This document shows, one piece after another, positions 24,205-34,100 of a DNA stretch of 64,000 nt. The DNA is from Anthoceros angustus (lineage: Eukaryota > Plantae > Anthocerotophyta). The position numbers and the translations under genes were made by a program. The notes below the pieces were generated by a model. The model did no database searches, was not told the DNA's origin, and saw nothing but the letters and a program-made list of their open reading frames with translations. The DNA lies in contig VJWM01000019.1 of NCBI GenBank assembly GCA_010909165.1, positions 558,001 to 622,000 on the forward strand, read 5' to 3'. Numbering within the stretch: position 1 is the first letter of the stretch; each line of letters starts with the position of its first letter.

Positions 24205-26045
24205 TAACAGCATAATATTTGAAGCGGCTGAATATACATCAAGCGGCTTTTGACGTGAATATACGCGAAACGGGGTTTTCGATGGGCATTGAAATGTGTA
24301 TTTGAGCATACCCTGCAGAAGAAGGCACACAATTAGGGTGTCGTAGAGAATTTTATATATTTTAGCGGCTTACAATGGTAGACGAAGGATTTGACCTATA
24401 GGTAGACCATTGTTTTCAATGGAAATGATGCCCATGTCGTTAGTGCATGCCATTCGTTAAACAACAGTAAATGAACATGGGCGACCATCTCTGCAGCAGC
24501 ATCGAAGGGAATGCATACGGCTATTTCTATATGCGTGCTATACATCCAATCCGAACGGTCGATGTCATTATGTACAGCGGGGCGTGAAGACCCTAAACAC
24601 GCCGTAAGTGACACACCTAGGCGCGGCATGCGGCGCCAAGTCATGCTCAAAGGCTACGTGCATTGGGCGCCGCATGCCGGCGCCAAGATTCATGGCCTTT
24701 GGCAATGACCGGACGTCCAACAAACACTTTCCTTCCCGAGAAACTACGAACCGTAATGGCTTCTCCGGTTGCTCAACATCGGTTAGACACCCTAGGCTAG
24801 TGGCTAAGAAACCACCAACCGTGATGGCTTCTCGGTGGCTATCAAAACAAGGAGCATGGGGAGCATAAGGGCATGATGAAGAAGAAGAAGAAAATGAGGG
24901 CATGAGGGCGCCGGCATGCCGGCGCCCTCATTTCAACATATACTTTGTGCCTCAATTATTTGTATATGGGAAAGTTAATGGAGTGGTAAGCCCCTAAAGT
25001 TGGAAATAAGAGGTCTTGAGTTCAAGTCTTCTTCTAGGGCCGCATCGGCCCCTGTAAAATGAATATATGTATCGAAATGAGCATAGTATGTGTAGGAATA
25101 GGTAATATATGTATCGAAATGAGAGCATAGTATATGTATCGAAATGAGAGCATAGTATGTGTTGTAAAAGTGATTGGTTTGGTTTAAATTCCTTATTCTA
25201 ATAATTTGTATACTTGAACTCAAAATCATGGAAATTATTTTAAATTTCAAAGGTTTTCTAAGCACGCTTGAAATTACCCATGCCCTAATATTCATGATCT
25301 CAAATTTCACTTGAATCGGAATGGAGAAGAGAGACATGACACGCCAAGTTTCTTCCCTATTCTCGAGTCTGTAGGCGACTATCTTTCTCTGAGGTCATAG
25401 CAATTGAATCGTTTTTGTATGTTGGACACCATCTTTGTGAGCGACCAAGGCTGGTGATCGGAAGTGTGAAAGGTGGTGTGTTTTTCTCATTCTCTTGCGC
25501 AAGCAAGCGTGGCCTAATATATGTAAGTCATAATGTGCATGGGTGCGGGACAAGTGGTTGTAAGCCCTAGTGTTAATGCGAACGCAGCACCGCCATAGAA
25601 AACCTATTTAAGGACGCCGCATGCCGCCTATGGAGGGAGCATAAGAGCATAGGGTGCTAGCATATTGGCACCTTCATTGATATATGTTATTTGCATATCA
25701 TAAAATTTTGTTGTCTCCTAAAGTTGGTAAAGTGGTAAAAACTCGGCTAAGAATCATAGATCGCGAGTTCGAGATCCAATTATAGTTTTTATATTAGTTA
25801 AGTTGAGTTTCTTTTGGGGCGCCGGCATGCCGGCGCCCACACACATGCGCCGTGCACCATACCTGGAGGCAAAATTTTGTCCAAACGGACCAAACCGCGA
25901 CGGGGCACGCAGTAACAAGACCCAAATGCGTAAACCGAGAACATTAAGAATCATGGGTTTTGGGACTGTACAGTGAATCTGAAATTGGTCCGGGGTTTCT
26001 GAAAGCGGCTTCGTATATTCAGCCGCTTCAAATATTATCGTGTTA
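24205..26045. mobile_element. Non-autonomous TIR DNA transposon (1841 bp) with TA target-site duplication, Tc1/mariner-like, nested in Copia RT
   Basis: TIRs TAACA(GC/CG)ATAATATTTGAAGCGGCTGAATATAC at both ends; TA at 24203-24204 and 26046-26047. Removing the insert restores the RT frame (...KALC-I-CFGSEDACVVGYTD). Confidence 0.88.
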
Positions 26046-27619
26046 TATGCACAAAGCTTTTGTACCATTCAGATACCTCATAACTCCTTTTACTGCCTCC
26101 CAATGCTTCTTGCCAGGGTTTGACATAAACCTGCTAACCACTCCCACTGCAAAGGCAATGTTAGGACGTGTAGCAATCATTGCATACATCAAACTCCCTA
26201 CAGCTGATGAGTATGGGACCTTCTCCATTTCAGCTTTGTCCTCCTCAGAGCTTGGGCAATCCGCGCTTGAAAGTTTCATATATGGAGGCAATGGAGTACC
26301 CAATGGTTTCCCCTTCTCCATGTTGAAACGTTGAAGCACCCTGTTAATGTATTCCGTCTGAGACAAATAAAGCAGACGCTTATGTCTATTCCGACGAATA
26401 CGCATGCCAAGTATATGGCTCGCCTCTCCCAAGTTTGTCATTTCAAATTGAGCATTCAACTTTGACTTCAACGCTGAAATCTCATAAGTACCGTTTCCAG
26501 CAATTAGCATATCATCCACATAGAGGATCAAAATGAGCAACCTTTGATCCTTAGCTTGCTTCGTATAGCTTGTATCCTTAGCTTGCTTCGTATAACTTCG
26601 TAAGCTTTGATCCTTAGCTTGCTTCGTAGCAATGATCCTCATCGCTACGTTTGTAGCCTTGAGAAAGCATAAATGAGTGGAACTTGTGATACCACTCTAT
26701 GGGTGCCTGTTTCAAACCATAAAGGCTCTTCCTTAACCTGCACACCAGATTCTCTTTGCCCTTCTCAACAAAACCTTCTGGTTGCTGCATGTAGACGTCC
26801 TCTTAAAGGTCACAATGCAAGAATGTCGTCTTGACATCCATCTGTACAAGTTCCATATCATTCATGGCAACCAAAGCAAGAACACATCGCAAAGTTGTCA
26901 TTTTGACTACTGGTGAGAAAATCTCATCAAAGTCAATGCCTTGTTGTTGCTTGAAACCCTTAGCAACCAATCGTGCCTTGTACTTTGGTTTGCCATCATG
27001 GGGTATGACCTTCATCTTGTACACCCATTTGCACGGTAGTGCCTTCTTATCCCTAGGCAACCGAACCAACTCCCAAGTTTGGTTCTTATGCGAAATAATT
27101 CATTTCGATCGCATGGCCTTCTCCCACTTCTGTTTGTTACTCATTGACATGGCCTCTTTGTAAGAAGAGGGTTCCCTACAATCTGTCAACATGACATAAT
27201 CCAGAGATGGATCATACCTGCCATGAGGTCGTGTAATCCTGCCTGACCTACGAAGCACAGGCACCTCTATAGGAGTTTGTTCAACTTTTGGTTCATCTAC
27301 CGGTGGAGGAATGTGCTCCTCCACATTACCACGGTTATCAACCTGGGCTCTGGGGGTATTTATACCCTCTAGCAGGGCTTAGCTGATTAGCTTAGTGATT
27401 AGCTTTAGCTAAACTAATGATACTTAACTGACACCTAACTTAGACTAAGCGTATTAGTCTAAGTACATTGGGCTTTAATACCCTTACAGTCCTCAATTGC
27501 AACAATTTTGCAATGCCATTTGGCATCAAAGGATAATAGAAATTGAGATTCATAAGTCCGAGTCTAGTGAATCAGAGTCCTCTAGCGATGCTTTTCTCAA
27601 CTTACGCTTGCAGTGTGCC

Positions 27620-28700
27620 TCGTATAATATTAAGCACTACTAGTACTTGGAGCAATGACTCTAGCACAATCTTCCTTGTAACATGGCATTCCTAGTTTTG
27701 TTATGTCGTTTACATCATCACTGCCTTCTGCGGTACTAGTTGGTTGCCTTGCATGTCGGCTCCTACTCGAACTTGCTAAGCCAACTTCAAATAAAGCATG
27801 TTGAGCAGCTCTACTTGCCTCCTTTGTTGCATTCCGCTCTAGGAGACTTTGGCGAAGTTCTTCCATATCAATATCATCATTCAAAGCATCCTCGGCTTGG
27901 TCAACCTATTCTTATCGGAAGCTGACTTTATGCACCTTGCAAATGTTGTATAGCACAAGACAGGCAAATATAATAGAAGGCATATTTTTAAGAGCCCGTC
28001 ATACCTTTTCAAAAGAACTCTAAACCTGCACTTCAGCATTCCAAAGGCCCTTTCAATACACATCTTGCTATGCAAAAAACCCATCTTTGCTTCCACGAAA
28101 GAAAGTGAACATGTACAACCTTGGCCAGTACCCAACATCTGCAAGTAAGGCATATTCTCCCATAACACCTTGCTCACACCTGTCCCCTATGTGTGACCGC
28201 TTGAAAAGATTCCAGGCATTACAATTACCACACCAACCATAATCATAATCCCAAAAAACACCCTCAACATTGACCACTAACGGTAACATACATGAAAAAT
28301 AGTCCGATTGTAATAATCAGCTGCATTGCTTTTTGGGCCAATTATGGGTATGTGAGAACCATCCATTGCACCAGTCTCTCGTATGGAATGCCACGAAGAG
28401 CTTGGAACTCTTGCGCAGACCTTTCTTATAAATATGTGTCCGTTTGGCCTAAGCCATTTGGCATAGGTGGGCCAGGATCAACCGCCCAATGGAAACGCGG
28501 GGTGGTGCAAAGAGTGCATACCTCGATGCACAAGCCTATATGTGAGCATGTCATCATCAACCCTCCGGGTTGGGTGACAGAGGGGTGCGGGACAGCCAAG
28601 ATCCACACGTATGCCCCCATCCAAATGGGAGATCCACAAGTGTATGCGATTTGATATACTCTTGCGCCCATTAAGAAGGATTCAAGGTAAATTGATCAAG
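27620..28700 (-). pseudogene. PIF/Harbinger-type DDE transposase remnant
   Basis: LLADVGY, CIERAFGMLKCRFRVLLKR and WCGNCNAWNLF segments, broken by frameshifts. Confidence 0.8.
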
Positions 28701-29344
28701 TTGGCTCATGTTGCGTTTGAGAGGGAGAGTGAGGAAGATTTTCTCCCTATACTTGGCTCCTCTAATTTAATGGAAACTTAATGTAGGCCTTTGTAATCCA
28801 TTTACAACAAATTGCTGTAATTTTAATTTGTAAATTCTTTTTCGCAAAAACCAAGGGTTGTGCTAAAGCGTACCACATCCGTAAGAACGGGATAGGTCTC
28901 CCCCTATCCTGTGTGGTGGCTTTCTTTTGGCAACTTGTTTTCATCGCCGTACAGAGAGCATTGGCCAACACTATTTTTAGGACGACTTCGAATGCAGGAG
29001 TTGCTGCATCTTCAGCTTGAGTGGTAAGTCAGCCCCTCCTTATCCTAGATTACGACATCTTGGGAGTGGTAGGTAACTCCATGGTAGACACTCGTGGGAG
29101 CTAGTCCCTCTTTTGGCCGAGGGCCCTTTCGTGGGTTGTTCTCCGCTGCCTCGATATACCCAGGACTTCTCATCTCTGCTTATTTTATAAAGTCTCCACG
29201 TTCTATCTAAACCCTCGGGAGACTTGCTTGATTAGAGGTTCTCCCCAGACAATGGTTATCAAACAATAATGTTAATGTTTCATTTATTTATAAGCTTAAA
29301 AAGTATAAGGAAACTTTTTACCGGGGCGTAGCGGTTTGTAGTTC

Positions 29345-29404
29345 CTGTGAAGAGTGGGAATGTGAATAGTGGGAAGGTGAAGAGTGGGAATGTGAAGAGT
29401 GGGA
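29345..29404. repeat. 15-bp repeat x4 (TGTGAAGAGTGGGAA)
   Basis: Directly visible tandem copies with minor substitutions. Confidence 0.8.
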
Positions 29405-29610
29405 ATCAAATCCACGACCTTTCATACCAGAATCTCAATATGGAGCCGAAGATCAACTCGGCCATCCTAACATCATGTATTGCTTTATGTATTGTTTGAA
29501 TTTTCAATCAGGCAATGGGCCCCGTGTCCGCGCTTGCGGGCGAGCAGTAGGTACCGGGACGGACCGGACCGCATGGGAGAGGCAGCCGCGCGGTTGAGGA
29601 GTTGAGGATG

Positions 29611-29740
29611 GGGCATGGTTGGGCATGGTTGGGCGTGGTTGGGCGTGGTTGGGCATGGTTGGGCATGGTTGGGCATGGTTGGGCATGGTTGGGCATGGTT
29701 GGGCATGGTTGGGCATGGTTGGGCATGATTGGACATGGAT
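29611..29740. repeat. (GGGCATGGTT)n decamer array, 12-13 copies
   Basis: Exact 10-nt period from 29611. Confidence 0.97.
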
Positions 29741-30201
29741 AGAGCGGATGTCCCGGTCAAAACCGGAGGACTTTCGTTCTCCGTGAGACTGCGGATTCGA
29801 TACAAGAGATGGTGAAATCAAGAGATTGTGGAAAGCACTCTGCAAGGCTTGCGTTCCGTTAGAGGAGGTGTGTGAGCCAGAAACCAGCCCACTAATTGCT
29901 CTCATGCGCACACATACCGAAATTAGCTTACAGAACGTCTCATTGCTGGGCATGAAAGTAAGGAGGCGTCATATTTCGTTGAATGCAAATCATGTGATGT
30001 GCGTCTCACAAATGCCTCCATCACGCCTTCAGAAACGAGGCTCTATGATAAGATGTTCTATGGAATCGGTCCCAACGGGTTTGTAGTATTGTCCATTTCG
30101 GTCATGAGGATTTTCCAGCTGATGGCGCCTCGTTGCTGAATCATCCTGACTGCTGACGGGCTGCCGTTTCTGGCATCTTTTGTTCGTTCCAGCGGAGAGC
30201 C

Positions 30202-33200
30202 ATGGGAGTTTGGGGCGTTGCCCTTGAGTCACGCAGAGGGCCAGGGGAGCCTATATGGGGAATGCGGACTCAACAAAATGGTGAACTATTGGATCTTCCA
30301 GGAAGAGCTCCCGCTCGCCTGGCTTCAAGGAACAAACAGTCGGAGCGGACCCAATTCGGGAGGTGCAGCACGGTCGCAAGAAAGCCAGCCCATCCAAGCG
30401 ATATGGGCGTAACGGCTGAAACCGTGAGCAAGCTGTGTCTTGAGGGCCATCTCATGGAGGCTGTTGAGGCTTTGGAAGTTTTCGTGGGGACAGACAGTTC
30501 TATCTCCAGATCTCTCTTTTACACTGTTCTGAAGAAATGCGTAGTGCAGAAGGATTTGGTTTTGGGCAGCCGCGTCCATGCCTTGACGGTGAGGAAGGGC
30601 TACCAGTCGGATACGTTCCTGGGCAACCACATCCTGCGAATGTATGCTTCTCATGGGATGTTACAAGATGCGATGGCCGTGTTTGAAGCCGTTGCCGAAC
30701 CAGATGCCTTCATGTGGTCTTCCATAATTTCTGTGCATGTTAAACAAGGACAAGACAGACAGGCCATACAACTCTACAGACGGATGCGCAGGTCCAATGT
30801 GAAGCCAGATGGCCATGTATTCGTGGCAGCCCTTCAGGCTTGCGCAAGGGCATCAAACTTGAAAGCTGGGCAGCAGGTCCATTCTGATGTGTTGGACAGT
30901 GGCTTGGACCGTGATTTGTTTGTTCGTAACGCTTTGGTGACCATGTATGCAAAATGTGGCAGCTTGCACGAGGCTCAAAGGGTGTTTGACAGACATGGTG
31001 ACAAAGATGTGGTGACCTGGACTGCAATGATAGCAGGATATTCCCAGCAGGATATGGGGCTGGAAGCCCTTCGTCTGTACAGTGCTATGCAAGAAGAAGG
31101 TATTGCTGTACCCAATTCCGTGACATACAAGTGCCTCTTGCAAGCATGCGCAAGTGTAGGCCCCCCGGCATTGAAGACGGGGAAGCAGCTTCATGCGCAA
31201 ATTAGAAGACAAGGACACCAACTTCATGTGTCTATAGCCAACAGTTTGGTTAACATGTATGCAAAGTGTGGCAGCTTGGAGGATGCTAAACGAGTCTTTG
31301 TTGGACTTGGTCAGAAGGATGTGGTGACGTGGACTACCATGATATCAGGGTTTTCCCAGCAGGGCATGGGACAGGAAGCTCTTGGTCTATACAGTGCTCT
31401 GCGGAAGGAAGGGATTGCTGTACCCAATTCCGTGACTTTCGTGTGTCTCCTGCAGGCATGTGCAAGTGTGGGTGCCCCAGCGTTAGAGAGAGGGAAGGAG
31501 CTTCATGTGCAAATCAGAGAACGAGGACTTGAAGCTGATGTGTTTGTTGCCAACAGTTTGGTGAACATGTATGCAAAGTGTGGTAGCTTGGAGGATGCGC
31601 AGACTGTGTTTGAAGGACTTGGTCAAAAAGACGTGGTGACATGGAATGCCATGATAGCAGCATATTCTCAGCGGGGAATGGGGAAGGAAGCCCTTCAGCT
31701 GTACAGTGCTATGCAAAAAGGAGGCATGGCTGTGCCCGATTCTGTGACGTTTGTGTCTCTCCTGCAGGCATGTGCAAGTTTGAGCACCCTGGGGTTGGAG
31801 AAGGGCAAGCAGCTCCATGCGCAAATCAAAGAAGGAAGATTTGGAGCTGATAGGTTTGTAGCAAACAGTTTGGTGAACATGTATGCCAAGTGTGGCAGCT
31901 TGGAAGATGCGCAGAGAGTGTTTGACGGGCTGGATCGAAAGAATGTGGTGACGTGGAATGCCATGATAGGTGGGTATTCCCAGCAGGGCATGGGGCAGAA
32001 TGCTCTTGGTCTCTACAGTGCTATGCAAGAAGAAGGCGTGACTGAACCCAATGCCGTAACATTTGTGTCCCTCTTACAGGCATGTGCGAGCATCGGGACC
32101 CAAGCATTGGAGATGGGTGAGCAGCTTCATGTGCAAATCAAAGAACGAGGACATGAAGCCGATGTGTCTGTAGCCAACTCTTTGGTGCACATGTATGCAA
32201 AGTGTGGCAGTTTCGAAAGTGCACAGAGGGTGTTTGAAGGCATTTCAGCACCCGATTCTGTGACATACGTGTGCCTCCTGAAGGCTTGTGCCTCTGTGGG
32301 CAGCACCGCATTGGAAAAGGGGAAGCATCTTCATATGCAAATCAGGGAACGAGGACTTGAAGCTGAAGTGTTTGTTGCCAGCAGTTTGGTGAACATGTAT
32401 GCTAAGTGTGGCAGCTTGGAAAATGCTCAGAGAGTATTTGACGGCCTTGGTCAGAAGGACGTAGTGACGTGGACTGCCTTGATATCAGGTTATGTCCAGC
32501 AGGGCAAGGGGCAGGAAGCTCTTCGTATGTACAGTGCTATGCAAAAAGGCGGCATGGCTGTACCTGATTCCGTGACACTGGTTTGCCTCCTGCAGGCGTG
32601 TGCAAATGTGGGCACCCCGGCAGCGTTGGAGAAGGGGAAACATATTCACGCCCAAATCAAAGAACGAGGACACGAAGCTGACGTGTTTGTAGCCAACAGT
32701 CTGGTGAACATGTATGCAAAGTGTGGCAGCTTGGAAGATGCACAGAGAATATTCGACAGGCTTGGCCAAAAGGATGTGGTGACATGGAACGCCATGATAG
32801 CAGGGTATTTCCAGCAAGGTATGGAGCAGCATGCCCTTCGCCTCTACAGAGCCATGCAAGAAGAAGGCACGGCTGAACCCAACGCCGTAACATTCGTGTG
32901 CCTCCTACAGGCATGTGCGAATGTGGCAGCCTTGCATCTGGGCAGGCAGCTTCATGCACAAATCGTGGAACAGGGGCTTCAATCTGATGTCTGTGTAGCC
33001 GGCAGCCTGATCAACATGTATGCCAAGTCCGGGAGCATGGTTGACGCTCAGCAGGTGTTCGATGCGCTGCCCGAACAGGACATCGTCGTCTGGAACGCAC
33101 TGATTGCAGGCTACACCAGCCAGGGAGACAGCAAGTTGGTCTTCCACTTGCTCCAGACAATGAGGGCGGATGGCATACATCCAGACAGCATCACATTCCT

Positions 33201-33804
33201 CAGCGTCCTAACAGTGTGTAGCCACTCAGGTCTAGTGACCAAGGGGCGAGAGTACTTCGAGGCCATGACCACACACCACAGCATCACCCCCACGGAGCCC
33301 CACTACACATGCATGGTGGACCTCCTGGGCCGCGCAGGCCGACTGGACGAGGCACTACATCTCGTAAGGACAATGCCAGCTCAACCCGACGCAGCAGTCT
33401 GGTACACCCTGCTGGCTGCCTGTCGAATGTGGAGCAACGTGGAGGTGGGACGCCTTGCCTTCAACGAGGCACTGAAGCTTGACAGGAACGACGCCATAGC
33501 ATATGTCTTAATGTCCAACATATACATGGCTGCCCGCATGTTCCAACCAGCACAAGAAATGCAGGCCAGCAGGAAAAGGATCAAGGCATGGAAGCAGCCC
33601 GGCCGCAGCTGTTGGACAGACACCAACGGAGTAGTGCATACCTTCCTGGCCGGCCATGGCAGGCATTCCAGGAGTGGACCAAGAACCCTAACACAGAACA
33701 AAAGACATGTCCTATCACCTGTAGTCGTCCCTGATGATAAAGACCATCCTTCCGACCCCAGAGGAGAGACCTGGAAACACGGCCTTGGAGAAGAAGGTGT
33801 TTAA
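30202..33804 (+). CDS. PLS-class PPR protein, 1200 aa, 28 PLS motifs plus E1-E2 and a WW-like PG box; DYW deaminase domain absent (E+ type)
   Basis: Intronless ORF with repeated NSLVNMYAKCGSLEDA / VVTWNAMI / VTFVCLLQAC motifs. Ends KAWKQPGRSCWTDTNGVVHTFLAG followed by unrelated sequence; no HxE or CxxC. Confidence 0.93.
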   Translation: MGVWGVALESRRGPGEPIWGMRTQQNGELLDLPGRAPARLASRNKQSERTQFGRCSTVARKPAHPSDMGVTAETVSKLCLEGHLMEAVEALEVFVGTDSSISRSLFYTVLKKCVVQKDLVLGSRVHALTVRKGYQSDTFLGNHILRMYASHGMLQDAMAVFEAVAEPDAFMWSSIISVHVKQGQDRQAIQLYRRMRRSNVKPDGHVFVAALQACARASNLKAGQQVHSDVLDSGLDRDLFVRNALVTMYAKCGSLHEAQRVFDRHGDKDVVTWTAMIAGYSQQDMGLEALRLYSAMQEEGIAVPNSVTYKCLLQACASVGPPALKTGKQLHAQIRRQGHQLHVSIANSLVNMYAKCGSLEDAKRVFVGLGQKDVVTWTTMISGFSQQGMGQEALGLYSALRKEGIAVPNSVTFVCLLQACASVGAPALERGKELHVQIRERGLEADVFVANSLVNMYAKCGSLEDAQTVFEGLGQKDVVTWNAMIAAYSQRGMGKEALQLYSAMQKGGMAVPDSVTFVSLLQACASLSTLGLEKGKQLHAQIKEGRFGADRFVANSLVNMYAKCGSLEDAQRVFDGLDRKNVVTWNAMIGGYSQQGMGQNALGLYSAMQEEGVTEPNAVTFVSLLQACASIGTQALEMGEQLHVQIKERGHEADVSVANSLVHMYAKCGSFESAQRVFEGISAPDSVTYVCLLKACASVGSTALEKGKHLHMQIRERGLEAEVFVASSLVNMYAKCGSLENAQRVFDGLGQKDVVTWTALISGYVQQGKGQEALRMYSAMQKGGMAVPDSVTLVCLLQACANVGTPAALEKGKHIHAQIKERGHEADVFVANSLVNMYAKCGSLEDAQRIFDRLGQKDVVTWNAMIAGYFQQGMEQHALRLYRAMQEEGTAEPNAVTFVCLLQACANVAALHLGRQLHAQIVEQGLQSDVCVAGSLINMYAKSGSMVDAQQVFDALPEQDIVVWNALIAGYTSQGDSKLVFHLLQTMRADGIHPDSITFLSVLTVCSHSGLVTKGREYFEAMTTHHSITPTEPHYTCMVDLLGRAGRLDEALHLVRTMPAQPDAAVWYTLLAACRMWSNVEVGRLAFNEALKLDRNDAIAYVLMSNIYMAARMFQPAQEMQASRKRIKAWKQPGRSCWTDTNGVVHTFLAGHGRHSRSGPRTLTQNKRHVLSPVVVPDDKDHPSDPRGETWKHGLGEEGV

Positions 33805-34100
33805 CCTGAGGACACCTAGATTTTGCCTGTTATCCCCGTCGAAGTGTGGGGTCACGAAAAAATCGTCGCCACGAGTTCTCCCGGGGACGGGGATCCGTGG
33901 CCAGCCAGGCATCGTTCCCCGAGGGGCGGGCCTTGCTGCGAGCGCCCAGGCTGCATTCCCTGCACCGGAAGTGGAGATCGCCTTGGCCTTTCCTGAGAAG
34001 CTGCTGCCGACTCGTCATCTCACCCGAAAGGCAAGGCAGCAGGAGAAGCAGCAAACAGGTGGAACGGAGAGCAGGAGCAGGAGCTCGGGAGGCGGCAGCC

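Larger units (their letters stand above)
23160..27488 (-). mobile_element. Decayed Ty1/Copia element: 5' LTR start at 27488, internal deletion, RT, nested DNA transposon, RNase H, PPT and 3' LTR
   Basis: LTR start TGTAAGGGTATTAAAGCCC at 27488. RT motifs YKARLVAKGF, QMDVKTTFL, LYVDD and VPYSSAVGSLMYAM. RNase H motifs GYTDAEYAGD, LSTTEAEY, CDSQSAI and TKHVDV. PPT AAGTGGGAGG|TGTAAGG near 23685. Confidence 0.88.

Noticed and set aside
26555-26605. loxP-like strings (ATAACTTCGTA, CTTCGTATAGC)
   Set aside because: No complete 13-8-13 inverted structure; explained by the triplicated RT fragment YTKQAKD.
29485-29953. ORFs with MPNHAQPCPT repeats
   Set aside because: Translation of the (GGGCATGGTT)n array in all frames.
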